Source of the DNA: an uncultured virus (IMG/VR IMGVR_UViG_3300032607_001050)
Lineage: Duplodnaviria > Heunggongvirae > Uroviricota > Caudoviricetes
Direction: 5' to 3' (one strand)
Length of the DNA: 20,000 bases
IMG/VR virus record: IMGVR_UViG_3300032607_001050
Part shown: positions 1 to 7,400 of the stretch, piece after piece
Layout: the number at the start of each line of letters is the position of its first letter
Position numbering within the stretch: position 1 is the stretch's first letter
Position numbers and translations under genes: made by a program
The notes under the pieces: model-generated
The model's database searches: none
What the model was told of the DNA's origin: nothing
The model's input: the letters and a program-made list of their open reading frames with translations, nothing else

Positions 1-24
1 CCGCCGACCTACGCCGTGTAAAGG
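1..24 (-). mobile_element. Attachment-site core: 3' half of tRNA-Val(TAC) from the anticodon loop onward; continues off the left edge
   Basis: The reverse complement reads CC-TTTACAC-GGCGT-AGGTC-GGCGG: a 7-nt anticodon loop with TAC, the 3' anticodon stem, the variable loop and the 5' T-stem. The upstream TCCCC cannot complete the anticodon stem and no D-arm is present, so this is a fragment, not an intact tRNA. Confidence 0.75.
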
Positions 25-41
25 GGACGAGCCCTTATATA

Positions 42-54
42 AATCAACAACTTA
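42..54 (+). promoter_or_regulatory. IHF-binding site in the att arm
   Basis: AATCAACAACTTA matches the IHF consensus WATCAANNNNTTR exactly, has an AT-rich 5' flank and lies next to the tRNA fragment. Confidence 0.75.
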
Positions 55-61
55 TAAAACC

Positions 62-81
62 TACCAACTTCTTTACCAACT
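62..81 (+). repeat. Direct repeat TACCAACT x2 (62-69, 74-81), putative integrase arm-type sites
   Basis: Exact 8-bp repeats with a 12-bp period just beyond the IHF site, as in lambda-type att arms. Confidence 0.6.
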
Positions 82-191
82 GATGATAGGTTGCCGGGAA
101 TTCTACCTCCCGGGCTGCACACAAGAACTGTCACATTTCTGTCTTAAGCTGCGTGACGAATTGAGAGAACAGTTTACCGAAAGAAGAAGCT

Positions 192-431
192 ATGGCAGAA
201 GACGCAAGGTTTGACGCAGAGTTTGAAACGCTGTCCCCGCTTCCTCAAGCAGAGTTCTTGTATGCAATCGACCGCAACCTGCAGATCGAGTGCATCCTTG
301 ATGAAAACGCACTGCTGGTAGCGTTGTCGCCGATCACCGGCGAGGGGCACTTCGCAAAGCTGGAGTTCACGAAAGGCTTTGCGACAGAACTTCGAGACTT
401 TCTGAACAAACACATGCAAGACGACGAATGA
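192..431 (+). CDS. Small acidic hypothetical protein (79 aa)
   Basis: ATG with a purine-rich upstream region (GAAAGAAGAAG), protein-like acidic composition, first gene of a co-oriented cluster. Confidence 0.65.
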   Translation: MAEDARFDAEFETLSPLPQAEFLYAIDRNLQIECILDENALLVALSPITGEGHFAKLEFTKGFATELRDFLNKHMQDDE

Positions 432-515
432 CCCGTCGTTGGCAACGCTCAGCCAACTCGCCGTCTTTTTCTTATGTCGGCGCCAGGCTGTGCAAAAATT
501 AAACCAAGGAGCTAC

Positions 516-830
516 GTGACTATGGAAGTCTTTCGCCGGCTGTCAATTGTTTGGGTAGTATGCGGGGTCGCCCTCGGCTTGGCGACGTTGAGCGTGGCCC
601 GCTACCCTATCTTTTCGTTTGTTGTCATGGCACTGCTGGTCGGGCCTCTCTTTGTGTCGATCCGCTGGCCTAGCAAGCTGGTGCTGATCTGGTTCGGGCT
701 CTGGCTCGCATTCGTGATCACGACAAAACTGAGCGGCTCAGACTTCGAAACCTTGCTGGTCATCGTTCCCGGCGGCGCCCTAGTTTTCTGGGTCGCCTGC
801 TGGGTAGTGGCCGGACTGTTCAAGAAATAA
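516..830 (+). CDS. Small integral membrane protein (about 4 TM helices); start probably GTG 516 or ATG 522 rather than 474
   Basis: AAGGAG RBS at 506-511. Four hydrophobic segments (IVWVVCGVALGLATLSV, IFSFVVMALLVGPLFV, LVLIWFGLWLAFVI, LLVIVPGGALVFWVACWVVAGLF) and a C-terminal KK. Confidence 0.7.
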   Translation: MTMEVFRRLSIVWVVCGVALGLATLSVARYPIFSFVVMALLVGPLFVSIRWPSKLVLIWFGLWLAFVITTKLSGSDFETLLVIVPGGALVFWVACWVVAGLFKK

Positions 831-842
831 CCAAGGAGCCCT

Positions 843-1118
843 ATGTTTTCCAACTTCCTGTTGGGCTCACTACGCATTACTGAGAATGCAAAAATCAAGC
901 TCAAGCGCGTCCCGTACGACCTGATCTGTCGCCATGCTGTCAACGAGCATGGGCAGCTCAGCCGCCGGGAACTACGGCGCAATGAGATGTCAATGAAAAC
1001 CATCGGGGAGATCACCTCGCGCTACATGGTGGACCCGACCAACCCGAGCCTGGGCTCGGTCGTGATCGTGACCACCGAGTCGTGGGATGAGACCCTTGTC
1101 AAACTGGAGGATGAATAG
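843..1118 (+). CDS. Small conserved hypothetical protein resembling a widespread plasmid/phage family of unknown function
   Basis: AAGGAG RBS at 833-838. The pattern FxLGxxxxT...LxxRH...G...N...G.I.SxY...I.TxE....T recalls a family of about 90-aa mobile-element proteins (recognised from memory only). Confidence 0.7.
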   Translation: MFSNFLLGSLRITENAKIKLKRVPYDLICRHAVNEHGQLSRRELRRNEMSMKTIGEITSRYMVDPTNPSLGSVVIVTTESWDETLVKLEDE

Positions 1119-1256
1119 ATGTTTGCTTTTCTTTTCGCTGCAGCCAAGCTGCTGCGTGTCGTACTCGTCGTGCTGCGTGCAGCTGCGGGTATCCTGATCG
1201 TTGGCCACGGCACCTACCGCTGGGTCAAGAACAAGCGCCAGGACATGCTCGCCTGA
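1119..1256 (+). CDS. 45-aa hydrophobic, cationic peptide MFAFLFAAAKLLRVVLVVLRAAAGILIVGHGTYRWVKNKRQDMLA (not in the ORF track)
   Basis: The ATG directly follows the upstream TAG, GGAGG RBS at 1106-1110, TGA at 1254-1256, and a terminator follows. Confidence 0.7.
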   Translation: MFAFLFAAAKLLRVVLVVLRAAAGILIVGHGTYRWVKNKRQDMLA

Positions 1257-1283
1257 CGCACAGCCACTGACGACTCACACTTC

Positions 1284-1309
1284 ACCGGCCATGCGCCGGT
1301 TTTTTATTT
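1284..1309 (+). terminator. Rho-independent terminator of the accessory cluster
   Basis: ACCGGC-catgc-GCCGGT hairpin followed by TTTTTATTT. Confidence 0.8.
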
Positions 1310-1334
1310 GCCCGCAGGGTATGGGGCGCGGGGG

Positions 1335-1486
1335 CTTACGTTTTCCATTCCAGACACGTAAACCTCCTTCTCTACACTATCACTATTTATACTCTACTTA
1401 TTACTACTTATTTTTATTCTAGCTTTTAAGAATGGAATGGAATAATAGATAAGGTATAGAGGTAAAGAGCATTACGCTCTTACGCT
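1335..1486. other. AT-rich strand-asymmetric element, origin-like
   Basis: 1359-1421 contains no G and 1424-1469 contains no C. There is a 10-bp inverted repeat (TTCCATTCCA 1343-1352 / TGGAATGGAA 1433-1442) and TTACG motifs at 1336, 1357 (reverse), 1472 and 1480. Confidence 0.45.
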
Positions 1487-4400
1487 ATTTCAGCGCCTGG
1501 GCATACAGGGCATGGAGAGGCAGCGCGTTAATGAGCGTTTTACCGCCCTCGTCGCGCAGACCATCCACAATCTGTTCGATCGCCGGGCCGCCCAAGCTGC
1601 TCGGATCGTGCATCGCATCCACACCAATCACGCCGACGCCGGCCAGTCCCGCGCGCTGGTAGCCGTGCATCAGCCAGTCACCGGCGTTCATGCTGGCCAT
1701 GTAAGGCGGCAGGCTGCCACCACCCTGCACAAGACCCTTCATCAAGTCAGCGGTGATCATGGTCGGGATGAACATCGCCAGTGCGCCGACCGGTGCCATG
1801 TTGCCGTGCTTGAACTCGCTGACCGCGCGCTTCAAGATGGTCTGGTGGAACGAGTAGCTGAACTGCTTGAGGTGGCCGAACATCGTGAAGTTCGGGTCGC
1901 TCATCCACGCTGGCCGTTGGCCGGCGCTCGGTGTCAGGACTGCACCCTCAACCCAGCGCCCGAGCCCCCGGTGGATCAGCTCCATCTGCGCGGTGGCCTG
2001 CTCCAAGGTGATGCCCTTGAGCTTGGCCAGCTGGTGGCGGTTGGTCACGAGCTTGCCCTCGCCGTCCAGCGTGATCATGCTGGGGTCCAGCCCGATCTCT
2101 TTGAGCCAGCGCGCGCTGTGCGTCTTGTCCGGCAGACCAGCGTGCTTCTCGACAAAACGCACTGCCCACTTGGTGGCCTGAACGCGCATGCCGCGGTTCC
2201 AGGCTTCCATGCCGTTGAACTTGAACATCTTGTCGTTGAGCTTCTTGGCACCGGGTGTCATGTAGACGCTGGCGTACTGGTCACTGGCGTGGTGGCTGAA
2301 CATGGCAATCTCGGTCGCCCCGATGTGCTCGGCCAGCTGCTGCCACTCATCGGCTGCACGTTGTGGCGGCATGTCGCGGAAGGCGTCACCCCAGGTGCGG
2401 AACACCTCGCGCATGCCGTAGACGAAACTCTCGTACGCGGCCTGCAGCGGCGCACCGCGGGCCATGATGCCCAGCGGGTCGACGAACGAGCTGAACAGGC
2501 TCATCGGCAGCAGGCGGATGTTTTGGTAGACCGCCATCCAGCTGTTGAACGAGCGCATGTTGGGCGACATGTCCTTGCCCAGCGTGCCCTCCATCGCGCC
2601 GGTGCTCTGGCTGATGTCGCGCATCTGGCGGGCAGACCACTCGATGCGCTGCTTCTCGCCCTTGATCTCGCCGCTCCTGAGCTTTTCGCGGGAGGCGGTG
2701 TCGATCTCTTTATCGACGCGCTTGAGCATCGAGTCGAGCAGCGTGCCGTTCTCGCCGAAGCGGCGGTGGTACTCGCTGGCCCGTGCGCCTTGGTGGAAGT
2801 AGCGCGTCAGGGTGTTGACCAGGTTCTTGTCGAGGAAGGCCTCTTTGTCGACGCCTTCGAGCCACGGCAGGGTGCGGCCCTCCTGAGACGCGAAGAACGG
2901 GGCCAGCACACCGTCGGAGCGGCCGGCGGGCAGGTGAGCATCGACGCCCTCCTTGTCGACCAGGCTCTGCCAGATGCGCTCGGCAGCAGCAGCCGGGTCC
3001 TTCTGGTTCTTGCCCGCGAACTTGGTGTCAAGGTGCTGGGGGTACTTTGTTACCAGCATGGCGATGAACTCAGGCTTCTTGGCCAGCAGCGCACCGGCGC
3101 TCCACACCGTCGGGTAGTAGTTGTCGATCTTGCCGATGTTCAGGCCGGAATCGGTCATGTGTTCGTGGAAGCGCTCGAGCAGCACGCGGATGGTCTTGAC
3201 CGCTTCGCGGTGCTCGGTCAGCGGGATGGCTGCGAGCGTCGTGCCCTGCTGCAGGTACTTCTGCACCGACAGCTGGTCGCCCTCGGCCATGTCCTTGAAG
3301 GTGGACTGCGCCACGTTGTTGTACTTCATCGAGACCCGGCGCTGGGCGTTGAGCAGGCCCTCGCCCTCGGTGCCGTGGGCCTCGTCGCCCGGGTTGGTGT
3401 AGAACATCGTGCTGAGCTTGCGCGCCGCCGGGCTGGCGCTCCTGCCTAGAATCTCACCGGCCGGGAAGGTCAGCGCTGCCACGCCCTGAATCAGGCCGTC
3501 GAGCTTGCGGCGGACTTTCATCGCGTTGCCGCCAGCATCCATCGCCTTGGCAATGACCTGGCCCGCAGCTGATGGCGTGCTCATCTTGCCATTGTCAAAA
3601 GCCTGGAAGATTGCCAGCGCGCGCTCGGAGTCGCGCACCTTGCCCAGCACGGCACGGAAGAACTTGCCGATCTTCTGCAGCCACGTATTGGCCGTGGCGT
3701 CCACCGTCAGCAGACCGGCTTTCCAGAACTGGTAGGTGTAGGCAAGCCGCTCTTCGCCGCTGGTGAGCTGGGCCTGCGCGGCAGGGTAGCCGGCGAGCAG
3801 GTCGTGGAGCTTTTTCAGGTGCTTCGGGTCGTTGATGAGGTTCTCGAACACGACCTGCAGCTTGGGGTTGCTGCGCACGTACTGGGCAAAGAACTTGTGC
3901 AGCGCCTCGTGGTACAGGGTGTTCATCGTGCCGGCAGCAGCTGTGGTGCTGAGGATGATGGTGTTGGTGGCCTCGATGAACTCGCCCGAGTGGCCGGTGA
4001 TGTCCTTGAACAGCACGGTAACGCCGCCCTTGCCGAACAGTTTGTCGGCGTAGGCCACGGCCTCGTCCATCTCGGCCTGAGTAGCGACGCGGGCGTTGCC
4101 GGGGCTTTGCTGGTTGAAGTGAACGTAGTTGGTGCTGATCTTGGCGTCGTCGTAGATCACGTAGTTCGGCTCGGCGTCGTTCCTGCCGCCCTCGGCCGCG
4201 TACTTGTGACCGAGGATGCCGAGGGACTGGAGGTAGTCGGAGACTTTGGCCTGGGAGCCCAAGTCGAAGGTCAGCCTGTTGTAGAACAGTCCTGCGTCCT
4301 GCCGAATTTTGCCCATGCCGTTGACAAACAAGTCCGCAGCATCTCGTATTTTTGCGTCAGGGGAAGACAGTAGTTTGCTCGTGGCCTTCTGCACCAGATC

Positions 4401-7400
4401 ACTCTGCTGCTCAAACGGCGCGTTCCAGTCCAGCAGCTGCTCGGCCGGGATGTCCACGGAGACTTCGTAGGTGGGGGACAGGCTTTTTTCTTTGTGCGAA
4501 AACCGCGTCAGGTCAAGGCCTTTGACCTCGTCGATGGTGGACTCCACGTTGAGATACCCCTCGATCACAGACCGGTCGCCCGGGTCAGTAAACACCTTAA
4601 ACAGCGCTTCTTTATCGACCCGGCTTCGCGTGTCGAAGTAGTTGCCGTTTTTGTCATAAGCGCGGTTGTCCATTCCGGCAGCCACCATCAGGGCTTCTGC
4701 GTTAGCGCGTATCGCATCAGCTTCGCCGGGAGCAAAGTCCTCATCCTCCAGATAATCAAAAGCCTGCGTCATGCTCTCCGACTTGTCGTACACCATGTTC
4801 TCGAAGGCGCTGTCCGCATCCGTGATAGCGTCCTTCAGCACTGCCTGCCGGAGCGTTTCCCCCAGGAGCGACCTGTCTCGGTACATCTGTGTCAAAACAC
4901 TTCGTTCAGCCAGGCTCAGCTTCTTGTATTTGGCGCTCTTGTTCCAAGGGGTAGCGACGTCTTCGCCATCTATCTCGACGGTGTTTTCGCCGCCGCCGAC
5001 CTGCGCAGTGAAATCGCGCTTGTACGATTTATGCACGCCCTCGGCTGTACTCAGGTACGTCCCCGCACCGAACGCAGCGTTGCCCTCGCCCTTGCCCTGG
5101 TGTTTACGCCAGTCGAACTTCCCCTCGTGCTTGATCGGCGAGTCGTGGGTGGCAGCAAAGCCGCTGCGGCCCAGGCTGGCGTGAATCTGGTTGGCCATCG
5201 CGTTGAGCTTGCGGCCACCGGAATCGGCGAGGGAGACTTTGCCCGGCGTCCACACCCCCGGCTTCGACTCGGCGTAGCCGTTGACGGTAAGAAACTCAGC
5301 CACCTGACGCTCGCCGACGTTGTGGTCGCGGCCATTGCGAGCCAGCGGCACGTCGGTGATGAGGGTAGCACCTGCATCGGTCGCCCGCTTGATCTCGGCA
5401 AAGTCTGGGTCGATTCGCCCACCACGCTTGCCTTCAGCACTGATGAACACAGAGTCGTCGGCAGCGTAAACACCGGTGTTGGCCCGGCTGCCCCACTTCT
5501 TGGCGTACAGGGCCGTGCTCGATGCTGCCGATCCCCGCCCGATGAACTTGTTGGCTCGGTCGCTCTTGGCCTGGTCTTTGGGTGCAAACTGAGTGGTGCC
5601 GCCGAGGTCAACTCCCCCAAGTGGCTTTCCCAAACCTGCGGCTACCTCCTTGGCGACCGGCTCCGCTTTGGCAGCGATCGGTGCCGAGGCCGGTTTCGTG
5701 GCGACGCCCACCCGTGTCTGGGTCTTGACCGGGTTGGAGTTCTTCGGCGAGACGTAGGCGTTGAGCTTGTCGATGTCGACCGGGCCGCGCTCGATCAGCA
5801 GCGCCTGCATCTTTTTCAGGTCGTTGGGCACGCCGAGCTGCGCGGTCAGCTTGTCAAGGTGAGAGCTGGAAATCTCGTTCTCACCGTTAGCCGCGCGGAT
5901 CAGTACTGTCAGCGCCGCGCGCTTCATGCCGTCCACCATGTTCGGCGCTGCGCCCTGCTTGATGAACCGGGCCACGTTGCCCGGCGCAATGAGGTTGATG
6001 ATTGGCGCGATCTGGTAGGCGTCGTCCACCAGCCCTGACGGGTTGTACCTGCCCTCGTTCATCGCCATGCGCAGGTGACTCATGATGAGGTCGCGGCCCA
6101 TGCGCGGGTCGTCCATCATCAGCTTGGTGATTTTCTCGGCGGTGCGCTTGGCCGCGCTCATGGCGGCCATCTTGGTCTTGGGCGGTGTGAAGCCCTGCCC
6201 CATCTGCTCTGTCAGGTACTGCTGGTCGTCGAAGTCGCCGGCCATCTCGCCGTCTTTGCGCGGCGGAAAGAAGTCGAGTTCGGTGGCGTCATCGTCGCCG
6301 GTCTTGGCACGCGCCGAGGTTTGCCCCGACCGGTCGGCGGTCAGACGGTTGCCTGCCGAATCTGTTGACCGGGTGTTCTCGAGCTGCCTGCCGTCCTTTG
6401 AGACATACGGTGCCTTGGCAATCCGGCTTATCTCTGCATCGAATTCGTCCGACACTACCCCGTCGGCGTCGGCGGGTAGGCGTGCGCTTTGGGTCTCCTT
6501 GGAACGTAGCTCCAAGCCTTGGCCGCCGGGCTGGCGCTCTTCTAGCGGGTCGGCCACGAACGGGTCTTCACCACGCTCCTGGTCCGCGCCCACCTTTTCT
6601 TGGTCGGCGCCCTGGAACTTCTGCAGGTCGCCCTGCCCGAACTTGGCCTGCTTCTTGGCGCGGCGCTCGGCCGTCAGCCGCTCGCCCTCGGCCTGCAAGC
6701 CCTTGGCCAGACGCAGCGACGGCGGGACGCCATCGGCAAAGCTCTCGGCCTCGCCGCCTTCGTTCAGCTTGTAGGGCCACAGTGCGCGCTTTTGCTCGTC
6801 GCTCATACCCTTGGTCGGGGCGGCGACCAGCCCGCTGTCCATGATGGCAGCCACCGCTGAAGCCACCGCCTTGCGGTAGGAGGTGTTCTTCTGCGCGTCG
6901 GAAAAGCTCTCTTCCTTGCCCGGCTTCTCCATCTTGCCTTGCTGCTGCTTGGCCCACATGACCAGCTTGCCGGCCGGGATCGCTACGTCTGGGCCGGGCT
7001 TGCCATCTTTGTCGGGCTTGCCGGCGAACACGATGACGTTGGCCGCTGAGGTCAGCTCGTCTTCCATACGCTCGTCGACCACGCCATTGACCAGCGCGTT
7101 CTTGCGCGCCCAGTCCAGCGCATCTCTGCCAGCCAGGCTCATTGTGCGCAGCTCGGTAAAGGTGATCTTTTCGGGCACCGATTCACTGAGCTTTTCGCCA
7201 ACCACCACGTAGCGGTTCTTGAAGAACTTCTCGGCAGTCTCGCGCACTTCCTTACGCTCAGCCGGCGTGGTGCGGTACGACTGGCCCTGACGGGTCTTGC
7301 CCTTGTTGTCCTGCATCTCAATCAGGTCGACGATCATCTTGCCGGCCAGCCCCGAGATGCGGGCAGCTGCGCGCTTTTCTTCAGGACTGAGTGCCGAGTC

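Noticed and set aside
1..40. Intact tRNA-Val gene
   Set aside because: The 5' anticodon stem, D-arm and 5' acceptor stem are missing, so only the att fragment is present.
94..113. CCGGGA/TCCCGG hairpin
   Set aside because: Only 6 bp with no U-tract, so no function can be assigned.
1201..1422. 73-aa plus-strand ORF ending in a Tyr-rich tail
   Set aside because: It crosses the terminator, and the tail is just the translation of the G-free tract. The 1119-1256 frame has the RBS.
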